From Candidatus Latescibacterota bacterium (GTDB lineage Bacteria > Latescibacterota > UBA2968), in the NCBI GenBank assembly GCA_965208125.1, contig OZ242320.1, positions 3,040,001-3,104,000 on the forward strand: a stretch of 64,000 nucleotides of DNA. Direction: 5' to 3'. Each line of letters starts with the position of its first letter. The first letter of the stretch is position 1. The translations under genes and the position numbers were made by a program. Positions 1 to 9,844 of the stretch are shown here, one piece after another. The notes under the pieces were generated by a model, which worked only from the letters and a program-made list of their open reading frames with translations, was not told where the DNA came from and did no database searches.

Positions 1-1
1 T

Positions 2-913
2 GTTTTTCTGAACGCGACCGTGTGCGCCAAACATTTCGCCGTGGTCTGATGTGAAGACGACAAGGGTGTCGTGCGCGAGGTTGAATCTGTCTATCGCGTC
101 TAAAATTCGGCCCACGTTCCAGTCGAGGTTGGCAGTCATAGCAGCATAGATTCGCTGCCATTCAATGAGGTTGGGTTTGACGGATTTCATCCACCAATCG
201 CGGTCAAACCATGCGTGCCAGTATTCACCTGATCCGTCCCGGTAATTTGGCGGCAAGTCAAAGACCATGTCTTTGAAGTGCATACCCCATTCTTCGGGGA
301 CGTTGTCCCAGTTCCAGGGCTGATGGGGTGTGCCATAAGAGACGAAGAGGGCGAAGGGTTCTGGATTTTCGCGCGCGTTTTCGAGATAGGAGATGGCGAG
401 GTCGGTCATGGCATCGGGTTCATAGGCCTGGATGTCGATGCGTTCAAATTTGTCTTCGTAATAAAATCCCTTGTAATAGCTGTGGTTGAAGTTGTAGGCT
501 GCCCAATAGTGGTCAAACCCCAGTCGGTGCGGGCCTGGAGGCACGAATTGATTGGCGGGATTCTTGTGAAAATCTCCGGCCTGTTTATAAATTTTACCTT
601 CGGTCGCGTAAATGTGCCATTTGCCGATGTAGGCACAATGCGTGCCGTTCCGCGTCAATGTGCCGGCAAGCGTTGGCAGATCGGTGCGGGCACTCAATTC
701 GTTCATGACGTAGCCATTGGTGGTGGGATAACAGCCCGTAAAGAGGGATGCGCGATGCGGGCTGCACACGGGATAGACCGAGGTGGCGTTGACAAAGTTG
801 ATGCCTTCAGATGATAGGCGGTCGATATTGGGAGTGCGGGCGCGGTTGTCGCCCATATAGCCACAGGATTGCGGGCGGAGTTGATCGGCGAAGATGTAGA
901 GAAGGTTAGGCAC
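2..913 (-). CDS. Sulfatase (formylglycine-dependent), 3' end outside the window; absent from the ORF track
   Basis: Manual translation from GTG at 913 gives VPNLLYIFADQLR...RTPNIDRL...VCSPHRASLFTG...IGKWH, i.e. the CxPxR signature and the GKWH motif. Confidence 0.9.
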   Translation of the reverse strand, partial: MPNLLYIFADQLRPQSCGYMGDNRARTPNIDRLSSEGINFVNATSVYPVCSPHRASLFTGCYPTTNGYVMNELSARTDLPTLAGTLTRNGTHCAYIGKWHIYATEGKIYKQAGDFHKNPANQFVPPGPHRLGFDHYWAAYNFNHSYYKGFYYEDKFERIDIQAYEPDAMTDLAISYLENARENPEPFALFVSYGTPHQPWNWDNVPEEWGMHFKDMVFDLPPNYRDGSGEYWHAWFDRDWWMKSVKPNLIEWQRIYAAMTANLDWNVGRILDAIDRFNLAHDTLVVFTSDHGEMFGAHGRVQKN

Positions 914-916
914 AGA

Positions 917-1753
917 TTACGCGCTTTCGTGTTCTGCTCGCATTGCGTTAAAGAAGCGCACATCGATCCGCGCCAGGTCAATTACGGTTTCTATGGGTTC
1001 ACCGCTGTATTCGCTATGGAAACTCACGGGGCCTTCAAAGTTTAATCGATCCAGTGTTTTTACGACTGCGGGCCAATCGCCAAATCCCTGTCCCAGTCGC
1101 ATTGTCCCACCCGTGGGCGTCCCCTGTACAGTGCGCCCCAGAGGTCGCTGGCGAATCAGGTCTTTAAATGCCAGGACTGATAGGTACTCGCGCACGATAT
1201 CCAGTGCCATTTCTATGGGTTCACCGCATATTGACAGGTGTCCCGGGTCGGAAAATACGCCGATGTGTTCGGGATTAAATCCCTTGACCACGTTCATGAC
1301 GGCACACGAATTTAATCCCATCGATTTGCCCGAATGGTTGTGTACTACGGTTTTGACGCCGTGTTTTTCCGACAATTTCTCAAAGCCTTCCATCCAGCCC
1401 CGGATTTCATCCAGCTGATCCCAGTAGTGCTTTGCGTCCGACCAGTGCCAGTAGCCCAGTTTCACGTTCGCTACGCCGGCTTCGCCCAGCGCGCCGTAAT
1501 AACGCTCGGCGTAATCGATGTCCGGGCGACTAAAATCGCCGGGGGCTGTTACGAGTGGAATGCACAGGCCCGCAGCTTCAAACTGTTTGGCTGCTTCGGG
1601 CAGTGCTTTGTCGATATTGTCTGGGTTTACAGGATATCCCTCTCGCACACACAAATCCGCGCCCTGCACGCCTACCGATTGGAGGGATTCGATGATTCCA
1701 GAAACGTCCATGCCTTCGAGATGTTTTGTGAACATGATGTACGTGAGCTTCAT
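917..1753 (-). CDS. Sugar phosphate isomerase/epimerase (xylose-isomerase-like TIM barrel)
   Basis: HNH, DPGH, KD and HSEY metal-ligand pattern. Likely start is MKLTYIMF at 1753, behind an AG-rich RBS. Confidence 0.8.
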   Translation of the reverse strand: MKLTYIMFTKHLEGMDVSGIIESLQSVGVQGADLCVREGYPVNPDNIDKALPEAAKQFEAAGLCIPLVTAPGDFSRPDIDYAERYYGALGEAGVANVKLGYWHWSDAKHYWDQLDEIRGWMEGFEKLSEKHGVKTVVHNHSGKSMGLNSCAVMNVVKGFNPEHIGVFSDPGHLSICGEPIEMALDIVREYLSVLAFKDLIRQRPLGRTVQGTPTGGTMRLGQGFGDWPAVVKTLDRLNFEGPVSFHSEYSGEPIETVIDLARIDVRFFNAMRAEHESA

Positions 1754-1967
1754 TTTCTTTCCTTTCTCTGGTGTCGTTTGCATTTGTGAGCGCTTCAGGA
1801 TACGCAATTGTGCGTCAAAAATCAATGGTGAGTTGAAAGCTCAAATCTTGACAGGCTGTGAAAAATGTATACCTTGTCGTCAAATTGTTGTGAAAAATGA
1901 CGACAAGGTAGTCAAAAAACACGGTTTCCCATATTTCAGCATCCCGATGCAGAGGTCGTAAAAAGAC

Positions 1968-4900
1968 ATGAAGCTCAGTCGTTTTGCCATTTTTAAACCC
2001 ATCAGTACGATTATGATCGCGCTTAGTCTTGTGGTGATGGGTTTTATTTCCCTATTCAAGTTGCCGCTTGAATATTTGCCCAGCGTGACGTTTCCAGTCC
2101 TTTTTGTGTCTATTCGGTATCCGTCTTCGTCTCCAGAGGAAATTGAACGGTTTATCACGCGCCCGATTGAAGAGATATTGGGCACTATGCCCGGCATTGA
2201 AAATATGGGATCCACATCCAATGAGTCTTCTTCGACCATTCGCCTGGAATTTGCAATGGATGCGGATATGGATCTCGTCGGCATTCATTTGCGCGATAGG
2301 CTCGATCAGGTTCGCGCAGATTTGCCCGAAGATGTGGATTATATTGGTATAAAAAGTTTTGATACGGAAGATATTTCGGCTCTCGAATATACTGTTTCGT
2401 GGCTCGGTGAAGATCCCGAGGATCTCATCGCGGTCTATAACCAGCGCCTGTTGCCGCGATTGCAGCGGCTCGATGGCGTGGCAAGTGTTGAATTGAGGGG
2501 TTTACAGCAAAAGGATCTCCTCGTCGAGGTCGATCAGAGAGCTATGACCGCGCACAAATTGGATTTTCGCGCTATCAATCGCGCGCTTCGCAGAAATAAT
2601 ATCAATATCTCGGCGGGTTATGTCACCGATGGCGACAGGCGATTTGCCGTGCGAAGTGTGGGCGAGTTTGAGACCGTTGACCAGATTCGCAACTTGCCCA
2701 TTCGCCCAAATTTGACACTGTCCGAGGTTGCATCGGTTACTTACGATTATCCCCCTGCTCGTCGCTTTGATCGCCTCGATGGCATACCTTCTCTTTATCT
2801 TTCTGTGCATAAATCTTCAACGGCAAATATGGTTGATGTTTGCAAGCGTGTCCGCGAAGAACTCTCCCGCATCAACGAGGAGGTTGGCAAAGATAAACTT
2901 CGAATGCTTCTGGTTCGAGATCAGTCAACTGATGTTATTGCCAGCATAACCAGCCTCAGCCAATCGGCGATTATGGGCGGTCTCTTAGCCGTTATTGCCA
3001 TCTTCATTTTTCTCCGCAACTTCCGCAGTACGCTCATCATTGGCTCCGCCATTCCAATTAGCGCGCTCACGGTGTTTCTCATGATGTATTTTCTGCGACA
3101 ATCGGGTATTGATATTACCTTGAACTTGATTTCGATGATGGGGCTGATGGTCGCTATTGGGATGCTCGTGGATCCCGCTGTTGTGGCTCTGGAGAATATT
3201 TTCCGCAAATGTTTTGATGAAGGTCAGAGTGCCACACAGGCAGCGCTTGAGGGTAGTGAGGAGATTGGTCTCCCGGTTCTGGCTGCTACGCTTACTACTG
3301 TGTGTGTATTTGTTCCGGTCATTTTTGTGACTGATTCGGGCACTTCGCTCTTTATGCGGCAATTCTCTGTGACAGTAGTCGTGTCTGTGATTGCATCATT
3401 TTGTGTCGCGCTTTCCCTGATCCCGTTGGCTGCATCCCGCGCCTTTAATGAAGGGGGAAAGACGCTTGATCGCATTCTCAAAAGTATTTTGGTGCTCGCG
3501 GCCATTGTCGGGGTGGGCGCGTATATCTATTATACGGATTTCAGTAAGGTTGATTACGCTGGTTTGTGGGACGCAATTGCGAGTACTATCGCTGCTCTGC
3601 CTTTGTTTGCCAAAATTGGTGTTCCTACGACAATTGCACTGACGCTTTTTCTGTATTTCCGTTACCGCGCCATTGGTGCCAAAGCTCTGTACGCGAGGGT
3701 GGTCGCCAATACTTTGCACTATCGCTGGGCAACGCTTTCTGTTGCCTGCGTTCTTCTCTTTTTGGGAAACCACATCTACGGCAAAATAGAACAAGAACCC
3801 TTCCGCTATCAACCCACACGTGCGATCAGGCTGACGGTAGAGATGCCTCGCACGTACGATTTGGCGCAGGCGAGTAATACTTTCAAAATCGCCGAAGATA
3901 TGCTCATTCCCCTGAAGGAGGAACTGGACATAGAGGCTATTGCGACGAAGTTCAATACGGGTAACCGCCAGGGAAAGAGAAACGCACTTTTGACCATTTA
4001 TCTCACGCCTGCAGAAGAAAGCAAGTTGACGACAGACGAAGTTCAGCACAGGATCATCGCGCTTCTTCCAAAGGATATTCCCGGTGTGCGTTTCAGATCT
4101 CGCGGGGGCAAGTCGGGCGGGACCATTGGGGTGGGTGTTGAACTCAAAGGGCGAAAGCAGGAAATTCTGGAGGTTCTGGCCGAGGATATTGAAATGAGTA
4201 TGCAGGGGATGCCCGGCGTTCACGAGATCGAAACCAGCCTTGAGACGGGTATGGAAGAGATTCGCGTGGTTGTAAATCGCGAACGGGCGCAGCGGTATGG
4301 CATTTCTACGCGCGATATTGCCACCAATATTGCTTCGGCGCTCGGGTCGCGCGGTGCTTCACACTTCAAAACACCCCATGGTGAAATTGATATTACTGTT
4401 CAGCTTCGCGAAGAAGATCGCGCTACTCTCGAGCAACTCAAAACAACGGAGTTTGAGAGCGACAAAGGTGGGATGGTCACGTTCTCAAGTCTGGCGGATT
4501 TCAATCTTATACAGGGACCCAATGCCATCTCCCGCGAAGACCGCATGCCCACGCTAACGGTTTTTGCCAATACAGAGCAAAAAGCAGTATTCAGCGTGGG
4601 ACAGATTATGAAAGCGCGCATGGAAAGCGTGCCCCTGCCCAAGGGATATACGTATCAGATGGACCGCCGATTCAAGTCTATGGATGCAGAACAGGATCAG
4701 GATTTTGAGACGATGATTTTCGCGCTGATTCTCATTTATATTATTATGGCCTCGCTCTTTGAATCCTATGTCCATCCGCTTACCATTATGTTCTGTATTT
4801 TCTTTGCGTTCATCGGTGTTGCGCTCGGTCTCTACACTTTCAAGATCGCTATGGATAGCAATGCGAAGTACGGCCTTCTGGTGCTTTTTGGTATTGTGGT

Positions 4901-5237
4901 GAATAATGGCATTGTTCTGGTCGATCATATCAACAGATACCGAAAACAGGGGCTTGTTCGCCGCGATGCCATTATTCGCGGGGGGCAAGACCGTTTGCGT
5001 CCGATTATGATGACTGCCACGACCACCATTATTGGCCTGATGCCGCTTGTCATTCCGATGCTTTTTGGCCATGCCGAAGGCACAGCCCGCCGCTGGGGTC
5101 CCATCGGTCTGGTCGTTGTATCGGGGTTGTCTATTTCAACCATTCTGACACTTGTTCTCCTGCCCACGATGTATTCGCTTATGGATGACCTCTCCCAATT
5201 TGCCAGGCGCGTTGTCGCGGTGGCGCGTGCGCGATAG
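1968..5237 (+). CDS. RND-family efflux permease (AcrB/AcrD/AcrF-like)
   Basis: 1089 aa with RND topology; motifs GIVVNNGIVLVD and RLRPIMMT. Confidence 0.92.
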   Translation: MKLSRFAIFKPISTIMIALSLVVMGFISLFKLPLEYLPSVTFPVLFVSIRYPSSSPEEIERFITRPIEEILGTMPGIENMGSTSNESSSTIRLEFAMDADMDLVGIHLRDRLDQVRADLPEDVDYIGIKSFDTEDISALEYTVSWLGEDPEDLIAVYNQRLLPRLQRLDGVASVELRGLQQKDLLVEVDQRAMTAHKLDFRAINRALRRNNINISAGYVTDGDRRFAVRSVGEFETVDQIRNLPIRPNLTLSEVASVTYDYPPARRFDRLDGIPSLYLSVHKSSTANMVDVCKRVREELSRINEEVGKDKLRMLLVRDQSTDVIASITSLSQSAIMGGLLAVIAIFIFLRNFRSTLIIGSAIPISALTVFLMMYFLRQSGIDITLNLISMMGLMVAIGMLVDPAVVALENIFRKCFDEGQSATQAALEGSEEIGLPVLAATLTTVCVFVPVIFVTDSGTSLFMRQFSVTVVVSVIASFCVALSLIPLAASRAFNEGGKTLDRILKSILVLAAIVGVGAYIYYTDFSKVDYAGLWDAIASTIAALPLFAKIGVPTTIALTLFLYFRYRAIGAKALYARVVANTLHYRWATLSVACVLLFLGNHIYGKIEQEPFRYQPTRAIRLTVEMPRTYDLAQASNTFKIAEDMLIPLKEELDIEAIATKFNTGNRQGKRNALLTIYLTPAEESKLTTDEVQHRIIALLPKDIPGVRFRSRGGKSGGTIGVGVELKGRKQEILEVLAEDIEMSMQGMPGVHEIETSLETGMEEIRVVVNRERAQRYGISTRDIATNIASALGSRGASHFKTPHGEIDITVQLREEDRATLEQLKTTEFESDKGGMVTFSSLADFNLIQGPNAISREDRMPTLTVFANTEQKAVFSVGQIMKARMESVPLPKGYTYQMDRRFKSMDAEQDQDFETMIFALILIYIIMASLFESYVHPLTIMFCIFFAFIGVALGLYTFKIAMDSNAKYGLLVLFGIVVNNGIVLVDHINRYRKQGLVRRDAIIRGGQDRLRPIMMTATTTIIGLMPLVIPMLFGHAEGTARRWGPIGLVVVSGLSISTILTLVLLPTMYSLMDDLSQFARRVVAVARAR

Positions 5238-5248
5238 GATCGCGGAAT

Positions 5249-5488
5249 TTATATTTGCTGTGCAGATGCCAACATCTCACCAACGGTATCGGGCAGGTCA
5301 ACGCGATGAAAGCGGTGGTCGCCAAAAGCGTAATCTTCACCGCTTTCATCAATGATGCGAATATAGCCATGAGCAGAGGCTTCGTCATCGGGAATGATGC
5401 GATAAACCTTACCCACTTCGAGAGATGCCTCGTATCCCTCGTTATTGATGCAGAGGGCAAATTGTTGTGTAAAATTATTTTTTTTCAT
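5249..5488 (-). CDS. Small conserved hypothetical protein (immunity/antitoxin-like)
   Basis: Motif SLEVGKVYRII...IRIIDESGEDY; ATG at 5488 lies directly after the stop of the upstream remnant. Confidence 0.7.
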   Translation of the reverse strand: MKKNNFTQQFALCINNEGYEASLEVGKVYRIIPDDEASAHGYIRIIDESGEDYAFGDHRFHRVDLPDTVGEMLASAQQI

Positions 5489-5490
5489 AA

Positions 5491-5597
5491 TCAACCAAGA
5501 AAGGGTAGTTTGAGTTTAAATTCTTTTTTGCCAATGCCATGTGCTTCGTACCAATGAATTTCGGCAAGCCTTATACTGTTGTCAAGTAAGCGTATGA
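5491..5597 (-). pseudogene. 3' remnant of the partner (toxin-like) gene
   Basis: Manual translation ...IRLLDNSIRLAEIHWYEAHGIGKKEFKLKLPFLG*; no N-terminal part or start codon. Confidence 0.65.
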
Positions 5598-5673
5598 CAA
5601 AAAAAGAAAACGTTTGCGGTTGTAAAACACCTTATCGCTCTGCTGTCGATATTCATATTTCGGAGGGAAGAAG

Positions 5674-6804
5674 ATGAATCCACTGGAAGAACGTTTGAAC
5701 CAATTAGAGATGCGCGTTACGCGCTATCGCAATTTCAATATCCTGTTGTGTCTCCTGCTGGTGGCCATTGTAACAGTTGCGGCAACAGATGGTATATCAC
5801 CATTTCAGGCGGGATCAGCCCCTGACCCCATCCCAATGCCCAAAGGCAATATAGGAGTTCCTGATTTACGAAAAGAAGATATACCTGCTGTGATGTATCC
5901 AGATGCAGACAGAGCGGGAAAAGTGACGTCACAGATACAGGGTGTGATTCGCACGAGGGGATTGCAGATTGTGAACAGCGATGGACAAGCAGTTGTTGAA
6001 CTGTGGCCCAGTACCGTAGGTAATGGCCTCATTTTTGTCAATTCAGCAGAAGGTAAGCAACTGGTTTACATTGGATCCTTAGCCGCGAGTGGCGATGGGT
6101 TGGTGCATATCAATTCAACAGAAGAAAAGAACCAGATTGCTCTGGGATCAGATTCTGAAACAGGAGATGGGTTTATCGGTATCAGAAACAGAAATGAAGA
6201 GCCTTTGATTAGTCTGAATACGGGCGAGAGTTCTGGTTGGATAAGAATCGACAAAACTGGAAATGAAAATTTGGCATATCTGGGTGTAAACACTTTGGGT
6301 AATGGACTTTTGAGTCTGAGTAATAAATCGGGAAAAGATATGGTGTCAATGTATGCAGATGAGACCTCTGGTAATCTGTGGCTATCAAATCATAACGATA
6401 AGACGATTGCTCGCTTGGGGGCATATTCTGCTGGAGACGGATTCTTGAACATCAACTCCAAAACAGGCACAGAGCTTATTACTTTAGGTTCAAACACAAA
6501 TGATGATGGGTTGCTTAGAGTAAGTAATCGCTATGGTACCCTCGGCGTTTGGATCGTTGGCGCAAACGAACATGGATACGTGGGAATACAGGATAACCGG
6601 GAGAGGTTGCTTGCAGAACTGGGAGCGACGGTAGGTGGCAATGGGCTTGTTCGCACTTTATCTCCACAGGGTATCACGACCTGGTCGAGCAATTCTGTTC
6701 AAGTCAACACGGGTTCATCCTTAAGAGGTGATATGGACAATGATGGCGATATTGATGGCGATGATTTTCTCATTTTCTCTGAAAACTTCGGCAAAAAACG
6801 GTGA
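5674..6804 (+). CDS. Membrane-anchored beta-repeat protein with a C-terminal dockerin/EF-hand-like motif
   Basis: N-terminal hydrophobic helix; about ten ~23-aa G[DN]GxxxI repeats; C-terminus GDMDNDGDIDGDDFLIFSENFG. Confidence 0.75.
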   Translation: MNPLEERLNQLEMRVTRYRNFNILLCLLLVAIVTVAATDGISPFQAGSAPDPIPMPKGNIGVPDLRKEDIPAVMYPDADRAGKVTSQIQGVIRTRGLQIVNSDGQAVVELWPSTVGNGLIFVNSAEGKQLVYIGSLAASGDGLVHINSTEEKNQIALGSDSETGDGFIGIRNRNEEPLISLNTGESSGWIRIDKTGNENLAYLGVNTLGNGLLSLSNKSGKDMVSMYADETSGNLWLSNHNDKTIARLGAYSAGDGFLNINSKTGTELITLGSNTNDDGLLRVSNRYGTLGVWIVGANEHGYVGIQDNRERLLAELGATVGGNGLVRTLSPQGITTWSSNSVQVNTGSSLRGDMDNDGDIDGDDFLIFSENFGKKR

Positions 6805-6807
6805 GCA

Positions 6808-9696
6808 ATGTTTGTCTATTTGAAATCTTGGGGAAAGCGATTAGTTTTCTCTGTGCTCGTCCTGCTTTTTTATGATGCTGTGGCTTTTGGCGCAGCCCCA
6901 GTTGAGTACGAAAAGGTAGATCATCCCCCGAAGTTGGAAGGCGTGCTGGCTCGGATTCAAAAGAGTTGGGTAGCGCAAAAGCGGGCGTTGGCCAAGGCGA
7001 CGGCGAGACAATATGGTGCAGCAGATATTGATGGCGAAAATATCACAGTCGTATTGGAGCCACGCCAGGGCAGGCTTTCGGAAAGTATTGATTTTAGGGC
7101 GTTGTCCAGTTTGGGCGTTAGAATTGTTGCCCAATCGCGGCATTTGGTTGAGGTGTCTGCACCTATAGCTGCGCTTGAAAGGCTGACACAGGTGAATGGT
7201 GTGCAATTTGTGCGGTTGCCCATAAAGCCAAAATTACATGCTGTGGTCAGCGAGGGTGTAGAACGCATTAAGGCATCAGTTTATTCAAATAGGGGGTTTA
7301 CTGGACGAGGCATAAAAGTGGGGGTCATTGATCTCGGTTTTGTCGGGGTTCCAGCACTGCAAACTCGAGGAGAGTTACCCAATCTGTCTTATCGAGATTT
7401 TACGAGAGAAGGGATTTTTACTGAAACAGTGCATGGATCGGCCTGTGCTGAAATTGTTCACGACCTCGCTCCGGATGCTGAGATTTATCTGTATAAGGTC
7501 GGGAATCTGGTCAGTCTGGAAAACGCTAAGGATGCGGCAATTCAGGAGGGTGTTGACATTGTCACGGTATCTTTGGGAACCCATGCTACTGGTTTTGGCG
7601 ATGGATTGGGTTTTGAGTGCGAAATTGTAGATGATGCTTTTCAGAATAATGTGCTGTGGGTGAATGCTGCGGGGAATGAGGCCCAACGAGTTATATACGC
7701 CCAGTTGCGCGATCCCAATAGCAATGGGTATCACAACTTTGCAGGAGACAATGAAATAGTCAAGTTAAAAAATCGTCAAACGGGAAATACGTTCCTGCAA
7801 AGAGGAGAGGAAGTAGAAGCATGGCTGACATGGAATGAATGGCCTCTTACGTCTCACGACTACGATCTTGTGCTCGTAAAAATTGAAGCAGATGGTAGCA
7901 CTGAGATTGTTGAGCGCGCAGATACCAGACAGCTTCAGTCGCCTCCCAGAGAACATCTCATTTACACGATCCGCGATCCGGGAACTTATGGCTTTGCAGT
8001 TTGGAAAACAGAGGACGCCAAATTTACCGATTTCAAATTGATCAGTAGCAATCATGACCTCGATGGGCCTGTGTCAATTACGGGGTCCGTAGGCACACCG
8101 GGGGACGCCCGGGGTGCGCTGACTGTGGGGGCATTGTATCATCAAAACTGGACGACAGGGCCTATTGATTCGTACAGTTCGCAAGGCCCTACATTTGATG
8201 GGCGAATCAAACCGGATTTGGTTGCACCTGCGGGTGTTTCTACCATAAGCTATAGCCCCGATCCATACTTTGGAACATCGGCGGCAACACCGCATGTCGC
8301 CGGGGCGGCTGCTCTCTTAAAATCTGCCAATCCAGTCCATTATAATGCGCGAAATTTATATGACGCGCTGGTGCAATCTGTGGTCGATATGGGGGTTGCT
8401 GGACAAGATAATGTCTATGGCCATGGGAGGCTGGAGTTGTCTTTGCTTCCCGTTGGCGCACCTGTTATGAATCTTTCGCGTACTGCGCTCGATTTTGGGG
8501 CGGTCTTATTGGGGGCATCCCAAACCCTTAACCTTGGGATTGTCAACACGGGTCAGGCGTCATTGGTTATTACAAATATCCTGTTGCCATCCAGTGATTA
8601 TAGCCTTTCTCAATCTTCTTATGCCGTAGCACCGGGTCGTAGCCAGCAGATTTCTGTCACCTTTTCTCCGCAAAGTGTGGGCGATAAGTCTGGCGATATG
8701 ACCATTTTGAGCAATTTACCGCAGACCACTGTGACACTGCGAGCACAAGGTGTTCAACAACCCGTTGTTCCCATTCCGCAAATATCGATCAATGCTTCTC
8801 AGCGCGATTTTGGCAGCGTTGAGGTCGGCAGTTCAAATTCTATGACAGTGACTATCACAAATTTTGGAGACGCTTCCCTGTCAATTACAGATATTGTTGC
8901 CAGCGATGAACAGGTGGGTGTTACGCCCAGACAATTCGTGATTCCCGCAAAGCAAAACGGCTTTTTTACGCTTCGTTTTGAGCCGAATAGAGCGGGAGAT
9001 TTGTCAGCGCGTGTGACCATTTATAGCAACGATTCTAAAACGCCTGCGGTTAGTTTCCCTGTTGTTGGAAAGGGACTTCAATCTCAAACCACTTCTTTTT
9101 CCTTATCTCTTGTAACAAATGCGCCAGAAAATCAGGGTGTGTATGTCACGCCTTCGGATGGTGTGATTGCTGTGGAAATTCACGGGCAGCAGGTTGTAGA
9201 TGCAATAGGATTTCGCGCTTTGTTTGATTTTGATGCACCATTGTTGGCTTACGAAGGTTTTGATATTGGAGATGGTATTCCAAATGGACATTCGCCAGGG
9301 CCTTATTATCCTTCCTATCCTTCTTCTGTTGAAGTGATGGCAGCGTCATTTGGAGGAAAAATTGCACAGGAGTCGGTGAGGCTCGGCACGATACGTTTTC
9401 GCGTTTCGGATACTTTTCAGACGGGTCAAATACGACTGCGATATGCGCGTATTCGACGGTCTGGACAGTTTGAATCCTTTGCCAATCCCGTGGTCTTAAA
9501 GTTTTCGCAACAGGGGGCACTGCGGGCAGACTTTGATGGCGATGGCTCAGTGGGGATCAGTGATTTTCTCCTTTTCACGTCTCATTTTGGTTACGCGGTT
9601 GGTCACGCAAACTACAATGCGCGATATGATCTGGATGGTGATGGGCAGATTGGTGTTGGAGATTTTTTGATCTTTGTCCAGGATTTTGGGCAGTAA
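6808..9696 (+). CDS. Secreted S8 (subtilisin-like) peptidase with two Ig-like (ASH/choice-of-anchor D) domains, a cohesin-like domain and a dockerin-like tail
   Basis: Catalytic triad motifs VIDLGF, HGSACAE and GTSAATPHVAG; two DFGxV...N.G repeats; paired DFDGDG...DF motifs at the C-terminus. Confidence 0.9.
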   Translation: MFVYLKSWGKRLVFSVLVLLFYDAVAFGAAPVEYEKVDHPPKLEGVLARIQKSWVAQKRALAKATARQYGAADIDGENITVVLEPRQGRLSESIDFRALSSLGVRIVAQSRHLVEVSAPIAALERLTQVNGVQFVRLPIKPKLHAVVSEGVERIKASVYSNRGFTGRGIKVGVIDLGFVGVPALQTRGELPNLSYRDFTREGIFTETVHGSACAEIVHDLAPDAEIYLYKVGNLVSLENAKDAAIQEGVDIVTVSLGTHATGFGDGLGFECEIVDDAFQNNVLWVNAAGNEAQRVIYAQLRDPNSNGYHNFAGDNEIVKLKNRQTGNTFLQRGEEVEAWLTWNEWPLTSHDYDLVLVKIEADGSTEIVERADTRQLQSPPREHLIYTIRDPGTYGFAVWKTEDAKFTDFKLISSNHDLDGPVSITGSVGTPGDARGALTVGALYHQNWTTGPIDSYSSQGPTFDGRIKPDLVAPAGVSTISYSPDPYFGTSAATPHVAGAAALLKSANPVHYNARNLYDALVQSVVDMGVAGQDNVYGHGRLELSLLPVGAPVMNLSRTALDFGAVLLGASQTLNLGIVNTGQASLVITNILLPSSDYSLSQSSYAVAPGRSQQISVTFSPQSVGDKSGDMTILSNLPQTTVTLRAQGVQQPVVPIPQISINASQRDFGSVEVGSSNSMTVTITNFGDASLSITDIVASDEQVGVTPRQFVIPAKQNGFFTLRFEPNRAGDLSARVTIYSNDSKTPAVSFPVVGKGLQSQTTSFSLSLVTNAPENQGVYVTPSDGVIAVEIHGQQVVDAIGFRALFDFDAPLLAYEGFDIGDGIPNGHSPGPYYPSYPSSVEVMAASFGGKIAQESVRLGTIRFRVSDTFQTGQIRLRYARIRRSGQFESFANPVVLKFSQQGALRADFDGDGSVGISDFLLFTSHFGYAVGHANYNARYDLDGDGQIGVGDFLIFVQDFGQ

Positions 9697-9716
9697 AGAG
9701 AGGCTCTTTGTAATAT

Positions 9717-9752
9717 AAAAAGGGCTTGCGATTCGATCTCGCAAGCCCTTTT
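9717..9752. terminator. Bidirectional intrinsic terminator
   Basis: AAAAGGGCTTGCGA-loop-TCGCAAGCCCTTTT between convergent genes. Confidence 0.85.
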
Positions 9753-9772
9753 CTGCGCCAGGTGTTTATGAG

Positions 9773-9805
9773 CTATACCTGTTGTATAGATGCCAACATC
9801 TCACC
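9773..9805 (-). repeat. Diverged copy of 5249-5281 (3' end of the small gene)
   Basis: 27/33 identical with an exact 18-nt core AGATGCCAACATCTCACC; encodes GEMLASIQQV* versus GEMLASAQQI*. Confidence 0.75.
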
Positions 9806-9844
9806 CGTCTTTTGTGAACCAACGTCTTATTGTTCTAAATAAAA

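Noticed and set aside
278-814. 178-aa plus-strand ORF and overlapping short ORFs
   Set aside because: Antisense or off-frame shadows of the sulfatase gene.
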